NCBI GenBank assembly: GCA_963801015.1
Contig: CAWDCV010000002.1
Coordinates: forward strand, 21,867 to 85,866
DNA from: an uncultured Actinomycetota bacterium
GTDB taxonomy: Bacteria; Actinomycetota; Actinomycetes; CAWDCV01
Length of the DNA: 64,000 nt
Reading direction: 5' to 3'
The position numbers were made by a program, and so were the translations under genes. Shown here in pieces: positions 33,936-43,382 of this stretch (position 1 is its first letter; each line of letters starts with the position of its first letter). The notes below the pieces were generated by a model. That model made no database searches and was not told the DNA's origin. It saw only the letters and a program-made list of their open reading frames with translations.

Positions 33936-34595
33936 ATGACCCAGTCCCCGGACCCCGCGGACTCCGGTCCCCCGCCCCGGGACACGACGCCGGACCCCGA
34001 TCTGCCCTCGTCGCCACCGGCAACGCCGCCGCCATCCTCATCGCCGTCGCCGTCCTCGCCCTCGGACGATCCACTCGGGAGTGCCAGCGAGCCGCGGCGG
34101 GACGCACCGCCCCCATCGTCGACCACCGCCACGCCCGATCCGAGTGCTCCCCCGCCCGGGACCATGCCACCACCGCCCACGGCGAGCCCGGAAGGCTACG
34201 GCTACCAATCGGCGCCACCGGCCGGAGCGTACGGCTACCAGCAGCAGGCGCAGCAGTTGAGTCAGCAGGAGGAGCGCACCTGGGGCATGGTCGCCCACCT
34301 GTCAGCGCTGATCGGGATCATCATCGGCGTGAGCTTCGTGGGTCCGCTCATCGTGATGCTCGTCCAAGGCCCGAAGTCGCGCTTCGTGCGCGAGCAGGCG
34401 GTCGAGGCGCTGAACTTCAACATCACCGTACTGATCGCCGTGATCCTCAGCGGTTTGCTGATCTTTTTGCTCATCGGTCTCATCCTGCTGCCGATCGTCC
34501 TCATCGCCTGGCTGGTCTTCACCATCATTGGCGCCGTCACGGCCAACGACGGACGGCCGTACCGCTACCCGATCAACATCCGTATGGTGAAGTGA
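33936..34595 (+). CDS. DUF4870-like membrane protein with Pro/Ser-rich N-terminal region
   Basis: ATG 33936 after AAGGAG. About 100 aa of PS-rich low complexity, then a two-TM domain (WGMVAHLSALIGIIIGV...FNITVLIAVILSGLLIF). Confidence 0.6.
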   Translation: MTQSPDPADSGPPPRDTTPDPDLPSSPPATPPPSSSPSPSSPSDDPLGSASEPRRDAPPPSSTTATPDPSAPPPGTMPPPPTASPEGYGYQSAPPAGAYGYQQQAQQLSQQEERTWGMVAHLSALIGIIIGVSFVGPLIVMLVQGPKSRFVREQAVEALNFNITVLIAVILSGLLIFLLIGLILLPIVLIAWLVFTIIGAVTANDGRPYRYPINIRMVK

Positions 34596-34597
34596 GG

Positions 34598-35116
34598 TCG
34601 GTCCACGGCCCGCCACTGACGGTCGTCCGCCCCGGTGAAGGCCGGGCGGGCAACCTCGGCGATATCGGTGTGGTGTTCAAGCTCTGGGGCGAGGACACCG
34701 GCGGAGCGCTGGCCATCGTGGAGCATCCGTTCGCCGTCGGTGCACTGGTCACACCACACCTGCATACCCGTGAGGACGAGTACTCCATCGTGACGGAGGG
34801 CGAGATCGGCTTCCGCTCCGGCGATCGTGAGGTGGTGCTCGGTGCCGGCGGCTATGTCACCAAGCCACGCGGTGAGATGCATGCGATGTGGAACGCCGGC
34901 GACGTTCCGGCCCGCATGATCGAGATCATCAGCCCGGCCGGATTCGAGCTGTTCTTTCGTGACGTCGTCGATGCCGCGGACGCGGGCTCTCCGGACACGG
35001 TCGACGTCGAGGCGCTCGTGAGCAGCTACGGGCTCGAGTTCGGCGAACCGGACTGGCTGCCAGGCGTCATCTCTCGCTACGGACTCACAGTTGCGGGCGA
35101 CTCAGGTCCCCAGTAG
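34598..35116 (+). CDS. cupin-domain protein
   Basis: Tail of the 462-aa ORF. GTG at 34598 right after the upstream stop. Contains HLHTREDEYSIVTEGEIGFRSGD and KPRGEMHAMWN, cupin motifs 1 and 2. Confidence 0.55.
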   Translation, partial: SVHGPPLTVVRPGEGRAGNLGDIGVVFKLWGEDTGGALAIVEHPFAVGALVTPHLHTREDEYSIVTEGEIGFRSGDREVVLGAGGYVTKPRGEMHAMWNAGDVPARMIEIISPAGFELFFRDVVDAADAGSPDTVDVEALVSSYGLEFGEPDWLPGVISRYGLTVAGDSGPQ

Positions 35117-35117
35117 G

Positions 35118-36338
35118 TCAATCGACCAGATCGCGGATGACGGCGTCGGCGAGGAGGCGCCCGCGGCGGGTGAGGACGGCGCGGCCGGCGTTGTACGCAT
35201 CCGGCTCGAGTAGACCGCTGTCCACGGCCTCCTTGGCGACCAGTCGACCCGGTTCGTGAAGGTCGTCGAGCGGATGCCCGTCGGCGAGGCGAATGCCGAG
35301 CAGGACGCGCTCCAGCCGCCGGTCCTCGTCGGAGAGCTCCTCGCGTGCCTGCGCCGGGGAAGAACCGGCCGACAGGCGACCCGCATACGCCGCCGGGTGT
35401 TTGACGTTCCACCAGCGGACGCCGGCCACATGGCTGTGCGCACCCGGCCCGATGCCCCACCAGTCACGTCCGCGCCAGTACGCCAGGTTGTGGCGGCAGC
35501 GAGCCTCGACGGATCGCGCCCAGTTCGACACCTCGTACCACCCGAAGCCTGCGGCGGCGAGGGTGTCCTCCGCCTGCAGGTAGCGATCCGCCAGCACGTC
35601 GTCGTCGGGTGCGCGCAGCTCGCCACGACGGATCTGCCCGGCGAGGCGGGTGCCGTCCTCGACGATGAGTGCGTAGGCGCTGATGTGGTCGGGCTCGGCG
35701 GTTACCGCTGCGTCGAGCGATGCCTGCCAGTCCGCCTCGGATTCGCCCGGCGCCCCGTAGATGAGATCCAGGTTGACGTGCTCGAAGCCGGCGCGGTGCG
35801 CCTCCACCACGCACTGCTCGGGGCGGCCGAGTCGATGCTGCCGGTCGAGAACGCGCAGCACGTTCTCGCGAGCGCTCTGCATTCCGAAGGAGACGCGCGT
35901 GAATCCAGCAGCGCGCAGCTGCTCCAGGTACACCGCGTCGACCGACTCTGGATTGGCCTCGGTCGTGAGCTCTGCATCCGCAGCGAGGCCGAACACGTCG
36001 TCGATCGCACGCACCAGCCGCGCGAGGTCATGGCTCGGAAGCAGCGTCGGCGTCCCGCCGCCAATGAAGACGGTGTGCACCGGGAGGTCGACACCGCCGA
36101 GCACCCGGCGTGCCAGCCGCATCTCACTGATCGCGCTGTCCACATACGTCGCTCGCGAGACCCCGGGCCCGAGCTCGTCTGCGGTGTAGGTGTTGAAGTC
36201 GCAGTAGCCACAGCGGGTTGCGCAGAACGGCACGTGCACGTACAGCGAGAACGGCTGCTGACCCACCGCCGTCCGGGCCGAGTCCGGTAGAGCGCCGTTT
36301 GCGGGAACCGGTTCCCCAGCGGGCAGCGACGACGGCAC
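35118..36338 (-). CDS. hemW: radical SAM heme chaperone HemW (HemN-like, oxygen-independent coproporphyrinogen-III oxidase family)
   Basis: CATRCGYCDF radical-SAM motif, GGGTPT, and a HemN C-terminal domain. Confidence 0.85.
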   Translation of the reverse strand: MPSSLPAGEPVPANGALPDSARTAVGQQPFSLYVHVPFCATRCGYCDFNTYTADELGPGVSRATYVDSAISEMRLARRVLGGVDLPVHTVFIGGGTPTLLPSHDLARLVRAIDDVFGLAADAELTTEANPESVDAVYLEQLRAAGFTRVSFGMQSARENVLRVLDRQHRLGRPEQCVVEAHRAGFEHVNLDLIYGAPGESEADWQASLDAAVTAEPDHISAYALIVEDGTRLAGQIRRGELRAPDDDVLADRYLQAEDTLAAAGFGWYEVSNWARSVEARCRHNLAYWRGRDWWGIGPGAHSHVAGVRWWNVKHPAAYAGRLSAGSSPAQAREELSDEDRRLERVLLGIRLADGHPLDDLHEPGRLVAKEAVDSGLLEPDAYNAGRAVLTRRGRLLADAVIRDLVD

Positions 36339-36369
36339 GTTCTCCAGTGTGCCGCGAACCTGTCGTCGG

Positions 36370-38184
36370 TCAGCGCTTCGCCTGTGCAGGCTCCTCGTAG
36401 AATTCGTCGAGCACCTCGGCGTACCGCTTCTCGACGACCTTGCGCTTCACCTTCAGGCTCGGTGTCAGTGCGCCCGACTCGACGGTCAGGTCCTCCGGCA
36501 GGACGGCGAATTTCTTGATGGTCTCCCAGCGCGGCAGTCGTCCGTTCATCTCGTCGACGTAGCCCTGCAGCATCGCGTGGACGTCGTCGCGCTTGGACAG
36601 ATCCTCGTATGCCGCGCCGGCGGCGCCGTTCTGCTCCGCCCACTTCTCGATCGCCTCGGGGTCGAGCGCGATGAGTGCGGCGCAGAAGTTGCGACCGTCA
36701 CCGTGGACGACGATCGCGCTGGCGTACGGACAGAGTGCCTTGAACATGACCTCGATGGCCTGCGGTGCGACGTACTTGCCACCCGAGGTCTTGATGAGGT
36801 CCTTCTTGCGGTCGGTGATGCGCAAGAAGCCCTGGTCGTCAAGCTCGCCGATGTCGCCGGTGCGGAACCAGCCGTCGTCGGTCAGCGTTTCCTCGGTCTC
36901 CTTCGGCAGGTTGTGGTATCCGCGCATCACGCCCGGTCCGCGGACGAGGATCTCGCCGTCGTCGGCGACACGCACCTCGGTGCCCGGCAGTGGCCAGCCG
37001 ACCGTCCCAAACTTGTAGTCGTGCGGGCGGTTGACGAAGGAGGCCGCGCTGGTCTCGGTGAGGCCGTAGCCCTCGAGGATGAGGATGCCGGCGGCGTGGA
37101 AGAACTCCGCGACCTTGTCGGACAGCGCTGCGCTGCCGGAGACGAAGTACCGCACCTGGCCGCCAAAACGCCCACGCAGCTTGCTGAAGACGAGGCGGTC
37201 GGCGATGGCGTGCTGCACCTTGAGCACGGGGCTGATCGACTTGCCGGCACGCTGCAACGCGGACACCTGGCGTCCAACGCCGTACGCCCAGTGGAAAATC
37301 TTGGCCCTGGCGCCGCCCTCTTCCTCGACCATCGACGTCACGCGATGCTGCACCTTCTCGAAGATGCGCGGCGCACCAGCCATGAACGTCGGGCGAACCA
37401 CACCGAGCTGCTCGACGAGCTTGGTGATGTCGCCGTCGACTGCGCTCGCGAAGCCGATGGCGAGCTGGCCGGACAGCAGCACCTTGCCGAACGAGTGCGA
37501 CAGCGGCAGCCACAGGTACTGCACGTCATTCGGCTGCAGGAGATCGAGCGCTTCGATCGCCTTGCCCTCGTACGTCCAGTTGTCGTGAACCAGCCGAACG
37601 CCCTTGGGCCGGCCGGTCGTTCCCGACGTGTAGATCAGCGTGGCCAGGTTCTCCGGGCCGATGGCATCGACCGCCGTGTCAACCACGTTCGGCAGCGTCG
37701 ACAGGTGCTCGCGGCCTCGACGCTCGAGCTCCTCGAACGAGATCACCCAGTCGTCGTCGGCGGTGCCGTCGAACGTCACGACCTGCTCGAGCTCAGGCAG
37801 CTTTTCCCGGTACTCGCGCAGCTTCTCGATCTGGGTGTCATCCTCGGCGAACGCGAACCGGCTGCCCGAGTCGGCAAGGATGAACGCCACGTCGTCGGCG
37901 GGTGTGGTCGGGTAGACCGTCGTGGTCGCCGCGCCCGCACACATGATGGCGAAGTCGGCGAGCACCCAGTCGTGCCGCGTCGTCGAGATGATGGCGACAC
38001 GCTCTTCGGCTCCGACGCCGAGGGAGATCAGGCCAGCGGCAAGGGCACGTACGCGATCACCCGTTTGCTGCCAGGTCGTCGATTGCCAGCCGCCGCTGAC
38101 GGGATAGCGGAATGACTCGGCCTGCGGCGTCGCGGCTACCCGGTCGAGGAACATCCGCGCCATCGACGCAGGTCGTTGCTGCAC
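36370..38184 (-). CDS. long-chain fatty-acid--CoA ligase (AMP-binding)
   Basis: 604 aa. Contains YTSGTTGRPKGV AMP motif, GYGLTE, and TGDIG. Confidence 0.85.
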   Translation of the reverse strand: MQQRPASMARMFLDRVAATPQAESFRYPVSGGWQSTTWQQTGDRVRALAAGLISLGVGAEERVAIISTTRHDWVLADFAIMCAGAATTTVYPTTPADDVAFILADSGSRFAFAEDDTQIEKLREYREKLPELEQVVTFDGTADDDWVISFEELERRGREHLSTLPNVVDTAVDAIGPENLATLIYTSGTTGRPKGVRLVHDNWTYEGKAIEALDLLQPNDVQYLWLPLSHSFGKVLLSGQLAIGFASAVDGDITKLVEQLGVVRPTFMAGAPRIFEKVQHRVTSMVEEEGGARAKIFHWAYGVGRQVSALQRAGKSISPVLKVQHAIADRLVFSKLRGRFGGQVRYFVSGSAALSDKVAEFFHAAGILILEGYGLTETSAASFVNRPHDYKFGTVGWPLPGTEVRVADDGEILVRGPGVMRGYHNLPKETEETLTDDGWFRTGDIGELDDQGFLRITDRKKDLIKTSGGKYVAPQAIEVMFKALCPYASAIVVHGDGRNFCAALIALDPEAIEKWAEQNGAAGAAYEDLSKRDDVHAMLQGYVDEMNGRLPRWETIKKFAVLPEDLTVESGALTPSLKVKRKVVEKRYAEVLDEFYEEPAQAKR

Positions 38185-38313
38185 GATGCGTCAGGTCGTC
38201 GGCCACGCGGATCCTCCTCGTTCACGCGTCATGCTCTTCTGCGGCGGAGGACTCTCGAGGAGCCGGGGCCGCGGTCGAACACTACGACGTGGCTGCGTTT
38301 CACGGCAGCCCTC

Positions 38314-38862
38314 TCAGACGCGGGCTCCGGTCAGGCCACGGAACATGTCCGCGATCGTGACGCCATCGGGTGGCCGGGACACCAGCTCGACGTCGTCGCC
38401 CGCGCCGATGTCGCCGGGCTCGAGCACGCGGAGATATACGCCTGGGCGAGCGTGCTGGGTGAAACGCTTGACCCAGCGCGGCTCGCCCATGAAGCCCTGG
38501 AACGTCGAGCAGGGTTGGCGCGGCATGCTGACCTCGAGCAGCGTCGTCCCGACCCGCCACCGTTCGCCGATCACGGCATCGTCGACCTCGACGCCGCGCG
38601 TGGTGAGGTTCTCGCCGAACTGCCCATTGCGGAGCGGTCTGCCGAGCTCCTCCGACCACCAATCGAGCTCTTCTCGGGCGACGGCGTACAGCGCCTTGTC
38701 GACGCCACCGTGGTGACGCCTGTCAGCCTGCTCGTCGACGGCGACCCCCAGGATGGTCACGGTCACTCTTCCGGTTTGCGGCCGCTTGTCGATGGCGGAC
38801 CGCCCCTGCTTGCCGTATCCGAGTCGCTCGATGTACCCGGCGTTGACCGAAATTACCTTCAC
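38314..38862 (-). CDS. MOSC-domain protein
   Basis: 182 aa YiiM-like MOSC beta-barrel ([10 protein letters not shown]...PCSTF). Confidence 0.75.
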   Translation of the reverse strand: MKVISVNAGYIERLGYGKQGRSAIDKRPQTGRVTVTILGVAVDEQADRRHHGGVDKALYAVAREELDWWSEELGRPLRNGQFGENLTTRGVEVDDAVIGERWRVGTTLLEVSMPRQPCSTFQGFMGEPRWVKRFTQHARPGVYLRVLEPGDIGAGDDVELVSRPPDGVTIADMFRGLTGARV

Positions 38863-40757
38863 GAGCCGCTCCGCCGCCCGATGATGGCCGACGAGTCGGA
38901 GTCGCTCGACAGCGCCGCGACAAAGGCTTCCTGCGGCACCTCGACCCGGCCGACCATCTTCATGCGCTTCTTGCCTTCCTTCTGCCGCTCCAGCAACTTG
39001 CGCTTACGCGTGATGTCGCCGCCGTAGCACTTGGCAAGGACGTCCTTGCGCAGCGCGCGGATGTTCTCGCGAGCGATAACCCGGCTGCCAATCGCTGCCT
39101 GGATCGGTACCTCGAACTGCTGTCGAGGGATCAGCTCGCGCAGCTTCTGCGTCATCCGAACGCCGTACGCGTATGCCTTGTCGCGATGGACGATGGCGCT
39201 GAACGCGTCGACGGGCTCGCCCTGCAGCAGAATGTCGACCTTGACGAGATCGGCCTGCTCCTCGTCGGTCGGCTCGTAGTCGAGGCTCGCGTATCCACGG
39301 GTGCGTGACTTCAACGCGTCGAAGAAGTCGTACACGATCTCCGCGAGCGGCAGCGTGTAGCGCAGCTCGACGCGGTCCTCGGACAGGTAGTCCATGCCGA
39401 GCAACATCCCGCGACGCGACTGGCACAGCTCCATGATGGCGCCGACATAATCGCTCGGCGCCAGGATCGTCGCGCGCACGATCGGCTCGTACACCCTCTC
39501 GACCTTGCCGCTGGGGAACTCGCTCGGATTGGTCACGATGTATTCGGAGCCATCCTCGAGCTCCACGCGATAGACGACGTTCGGCGCTGTCGAGATCAGG
39601 TCGAGGTCGAACTCCCGTTCCAGCCGCTCGCGGACGATCTCCAAGTGCAGCAGGCCTAGGAAGCCGCAGCGGAAGCCGAACCCGAGCGCCGCCGAGGACT
39701 CCGGCTCGTACACGAGCGCCGCATCGTTGAGCCGCAGCTTGTCCAGGGCGTCGCGCAGCTCCGGAAAGTCGGCACCGTCCATCGGGTACAGGCCCGCGAA
39801 CACCATCGGGCGGGGGGTCTTGTACCCGCTCAGGGGACGAGTTGCCGGGCGGGAGGACGATGTGACCGTGTCGCCCACTCGCGATTGCCGGACGTCCTTG
39901 ACGCCGGTCATCAGGTAGCCGACCTCGCCCACACCCAGACCATCGGACTTGATGGGCTCGGGAGAGATGACGCCGACCTCGAGCGTCTCGTGGGCGCCGC
40001 CGGTCGACATCATCAGCGTCCGCTCCCGGGTCGACAAGTGACCGTCGATGACGCGCACGTAGGTGACGACGCCGCGGTAGGTGTCGTAGACCGAGTCGAA
40101 GATGAGCGCCCGGGCAGGTGCGTCCACATCCCCCACCGGCGAGGGCACATGCACCACGACGTGCTCGAGAAGTTCGCGGACGCCCTCCCCCGTCTTGGCA
40201 CTCACCCGGAGGACGTCGTCGGGGTCACACCCGATGATGTGCGCGATCTCGGCGGCGTACTTCTCCGGCTGCGCGGCCGGCAGGTCGATCTTGTTGAGGA
40301 CCGGGATCACGTGCAGGTCGTTCTCGAGCGCGAGGTAGAGGTTGGCCAGCGTCTGCGCCTCGATGCCCTGAGCGGCGTCGACGAGCAGGATCGCGCCCTC
40401 GCAGGCGGCGAGGCTGCGCGACACCTCGTAGGTGAAGTCGACGTGTCCTGGCGTATCGATGAGGTTCAGCACGTACACGCGACCGTCGGCGGCTTCGAAG
40501 GGCAGCCGCACGGCCTGGCTCTTGATCGTGATCCCGCGCTCGCGCTCGATATCCATGCGGTCGAGGTACTGCGCGCGCATCTGCCGCTCGTCGACGACCC
40601 CAGTCAACTGCAGCATCCGGTCGGCCAACGTCGATTTGCCGTGGTCGATGTGGGCGATGATGCAGAAGTTGCGGATGAGCGCCGGGTCTGTCCGGCTCGG
40701 CGCGGGGGCGGAAACGGGCACGCGGAACTTCCTCGAGAGATCGGGTACGCCCTCCAT
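38859..40757 (-). CDS. lepA: elongation factor 4 (LepA)
   Basis: Contains [23 protein letters not shown], and the LepA C-terminal domain. Confidence 0.9.
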   Translation of the reverse strand: MEGVPDLSRKFRVPVSAPAPSRTDPALIRNFCIIAHIDHGKSTLADRMLQLTGVVDERQMRAQYLDRMDIERERGITIKSQAVRLPFEAADGRVYVLNLIDTPGHVDFTYEVSRSLAACEGAILLVDAAQGIEAQTLANLYLALENDLHVIPVLNKIDLPAAQPEKYAAEIAHIIGCDPDDVLRVSAKTGEGVRELLEHVVVHVPSPVGDVDAPARALIFDSVYDTYRGVVTYVRVIDGHLSTRERTLMMSTGGAHETLEVGVISPEPIKSDGLGVGEVGYLMTGVKDVRQSRVGDTVTSSSRPATRPLSGYKTPRPMVFAGLYPMDGADFPELRDALDKLRLNDAALVYEPESSAALGFGFRCGFLGLLHLEIVRERLEREFDLDLISTAPNVVYRVELEDGSEYIVTNPSEFPSGKVERVYEPIVRATILAPSDYVGAIMELCQSRRGMLLGMDYLSEDRVELRYTLPLAEIVYDFFDALKSRTRGYASLDYEPTDEEQADLVKVDILLQGEPVDAFSAIVHRDKAYAYGVRMTQKLRELIPRQQFEVPIQAAIGSRVIARENIRALRKDVLAKCYGGDITRKRKLLERQKEGKKRMKMVGRVEVPQEAFVAALSSDSDSSAIIGRRSGS

Positions 40758-40798
40758 GGTCCCACGCGCACCAAGCTCCCGACTCGTACGATGCCGCG

Positions 40799-41266
40799 GT
40801 GGCCGCGTTGCGAGGTCTGCTCGGCCGGCTGCTGCCGGCGCGACCGCCGCGGCGGCATGTCCCTGCTGAGCAGCCCGCGGGGCAAGCCTTCGACTATTCA
40901 GGGCCGGCGCGCATCTCGTACGCCCCGCATCCGGACGGCGTCGCCGACCCGGGTGAGGTCGTGTGGACGTGGGTGCCGTACGAGGACGATCCCGGGAAGG
41001 GCAAGGACCGCCCCGTTGTGGTGATCGCCCGGGTCACGGACGACCTCCTGGTCGTCCTGCTGTCGAGCCAGGATCACGCTGGGGAACCGGATTGGGTGCT
41101 GCTCGGCCGCGGAGCTTGGGACGCCGCGGGCCGGGCGAGCTTCGTCCGCCTCGATCGCGTGCTCCGCGTCGCGCCGGCTGCCGTCCGCCGTGAGGGTGCG
41201 ACGCTTGATCAGCGTCGTTTCGATGCGCTGGCTGCTGAGCTGCGACGGCGGCACGGCTGGTCCTGA
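40799..41266 (+). CDS. PemK/MazF-like (SH3-fold) domain protein, Rv2405-type orphan
   Basis: 155 aa. Contains [26 protein letters not shown], PemK-like. No adjacent antitoxin ORF. The true start may be internal. Confidence 0.5.
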   Translation: MAALRGLLGRLLPARPPRRHVPAEQPAGQAFDYSGPARISYAPHPDGVADPGEVVWTWVPYEDDPGKGKDRPVVVIARVTDDLLVVLLSSQDHAGEPDWVLLGRGAWDAAGRASFVRLDRVLRVAPAAVRREGATLDQRRFDALAAELRRRHGWS

Positions 41267-41386
41267 GTCACCCCCACCCGAGCTCACTGGCAGCGCTCGC
41301 ACCTTTTTGGTGATCGTCGCCGCGCTGGTACCTTGGGCGGTCGGCATTCGCGCCGCCCCGTCATTCCCGATCGACAAGGCTTCTTC

Positions 41387-41647
41387 GTGGCGAACATCAA
41401 GTCCCAGCTCAAGCGCATCAAGACCAACGAGAAGGCCCGCCAGCGCAACAAGGCGGTCAAGTCGTCGCTGAAGACTGCCGTCCGCAAGTTCCGCGACGCC
41501 GCCGACTCCGGCGATGCCGCGGGCGCGGGTGCCGCGCTCCAGACCGCATCTCGCGAGCTCGACAAGGCCGTGAGCAAGGGCGTCATTCACCGCAATCAGG
41601 CGGCGAACAAGAAGTCCGCCATGGCCAAGCGCGCCGCGACGCTCTAA
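41387..41647 (+). CDS. rpsT: 30S ribosomal protein S20
   Basis: GTG 41387. Begins [30 protein letters not shown]. Confidence 0.85.
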   Translation: MANIKSQLKRIKTNEKARQRNKAVKSSLKTAVRKFRDAADSGDAAGAGAALQTASRELDKAVSKGVIHRNQAANKKSAMAKRAATL

Positions 41648-41738
41648 GGCTCAGCACTCACCCCAAGTTGTCCGAACGCTCTCGCCGACGTAAGCGGGGT
41701 GGAATCGGACAGGCAGTGTCGGCTAGAGGTGACGTCCG

Positions 41739-42281
41739 CTAGCCACTGCTCAGGAGCTGCTCGAGCTTGTCGAGGCACTGCTCCAGGCCTGCCGCGGACA
41801 TGTCCCGGGTGGCCTGATCGGGATAGCCGGACTCGATGATCATCACCGAGCTGCGACGTTCGTCGACCGGCTCGAACACGACGACATGCGGCACGACGGT
41901 GGGCACGTCGCCGGGGATGCCAGCTTGCGCCGGACTCATCGGTTCGCCCTCCGGTGTGGCGAACCGCGACGCGTACTCCAGGCGTGACCCGGGCTCGACT
42001 CTGCTGTAGGTCCAGGTGTTGAAGATGTCGCCACCGCCGTAATCTGCCGGCGCCCGCATGGCCACCAGGGAGGTCCCGCCGACTCTGACGTCCATCTGCG
42101 CGACCGGGCAGGTGAAGCCAGCCGGACCCCACCACCCTCGCACGAGGTCCGGCTCGGTCCAGGCCCGATAGACGGCTTCGGCCGGCTGGGCGAGCTCCCT
42201 GCGGGCTCGCACCTCGAATGCCTGAGCGGGCCCGACGTCCGGGTCACGCACATCCGGTCTTCTGCGCACGTCATCGGTCAC
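41739..42281 (-). CDS. SRPBCC-family (AHSA1/START-like) protein
   Basis: 180 aa. Contains AEAVYRAWTEPDLVRGWWGP. Confidence 0.7.
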   Translation of the reverse strand: MTDDVRRRPDVRDPDVGPAQAFEVRARRELAQPAEAVYRAWTEPDLVRGWWGPAGFTCPVAQMDVRVGGTSLVAMRAPADYGGGDIFNTWTYSRVEPGSRLEYASRFATPEGEPMSPAQAGIPGDVPTVVPHVVVFEPVDERRSSVMIIESGYPDQATRDMSAAGLEQCLDKLEQLLSSG

Positions 42282-42415
42282 GTCACCCTCCTATCTCGGA
42301 CTGCCAATCCGACCCGTCAAACGGTCGGGACACCGGAAACTCATCGCCCCGGTCTCATCGGCACATAGCCGCCAGGGCTACCCCTCACAGCAGTGATGCA
42401 GACAGGCGAGAAGTA

Positions 42416-43369
42416 TCAGCGGTTGCGGGCCTGCGCCACCCGCACGACGGCGCGTTCCAGTGCGTATGCGGGGTCGACCTCAGCTCCTTTCACCGCCGCA
42501 TCGGCGTCCGCCACGGCGTGCATCGCGTTTTCCAGCCCCTCGGGGGTCCAACCGCGCAGCTGGGAGCGCACCCGGTCCACCTTCCACGACGGCATGCTCA
42601 ACTCGCGCGCAAGGTCGGCGGGGCGAGTCCGTTGCTGCGCGGATCCGACTCGGATGACGTTGCGAACGCCTTGCGCGAGCGCGCTGGTCACGAGGACCGG
42701 TGCCACGCCGACGGCAAGCGCCCAGCGCAGCTGCTCCAGTGCGTCTTCGGTGCGCCCCTCGACTGCGCAATCGGCGACCGTGAAGCTCGTGGCCTCGGCG
42801 CGCCCTGAGTAGTAGCGGCGAACAGCGCTCTCGTCGATCGGCCCGGGGGTATCGGCGACCAGCTGGCTCACAGCAGCCGCGAGCTCCCGCAGGTCGTTGC
42901 CTACTGCGTCGATCAGCGTGCGCGCCGCGCCATCACTCATGGACCGCGACGCCGTGCGCGCTTCGGCGCGGACGAAGGCCACCTTGTCGGTGTAGCGCTT
43001 GACCTCAGCACACGCGATCGACGTCGCGCCGGCGCGCTGAGCCGCCTCGAGCACAGCTTTGCCCTTGGCGCCTCCCTTATGCGCGAGAACCACGGCGACG
43101 TCCTCCTCGGGGGCGGCCAGGTACGCGATGAGCTCCTTAGCAGCATCAGCGGACAGGTCCTGTGCGCCACGCACGACCACCACGATCGTGCCGCCGAACA
43201 GGGACGGACTGACGAGCTCGGCAAGGCGACCCGCGGAGATCTCCGTCGCCGGTATGTCATGGACGATGACGTCGGGGTCATCGGTGCGCGCCGCAGCCAC
43301 GAGCCCCGAAACGGCGCGTTCGGCGAGGAGTTCCTCCGGTCCCACGACGAGGGTCACCGGCGCCGTCAC
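42416..43369 (-). CDS. holA: DNA polymerase III subunit delta
   Basis: Last 317 codons of the 385-aa ORF. GTG 43369 with GGAG 7 nt upstream. Contains LVVGPEELLAERAV. Confidence 0.8.
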   Translation of the reverse strand: MTAPVTLVVGPEELLAERAVSGLVAAARTDDPDVIVHDIPATEISAGRLAELVSPSLFGGTIVVVVRGAQDLSADAAKELIAYLAAPEEDVAVVLAHKGGAKGKAVLEAAQRAGATSIACAEVKRYTDKVAFVRAEARTASRSMSDGAARTLIDAVGNDLRELAAAVSQLVADTPGPIDESAVRRYYSGRAEATSFTVADCAVEGRTEDALEQLRWALAVGVAPVLVTSALAQGVRNVIRVGSAQQRTRPADLARELSMPSWKVDRVRSQLRGWTPEGLENAMHAVADADAAVKGAEVDPAYALERAVVRVAQARNR

Positions 43370-43382
43370 TGCCACACTCCGA

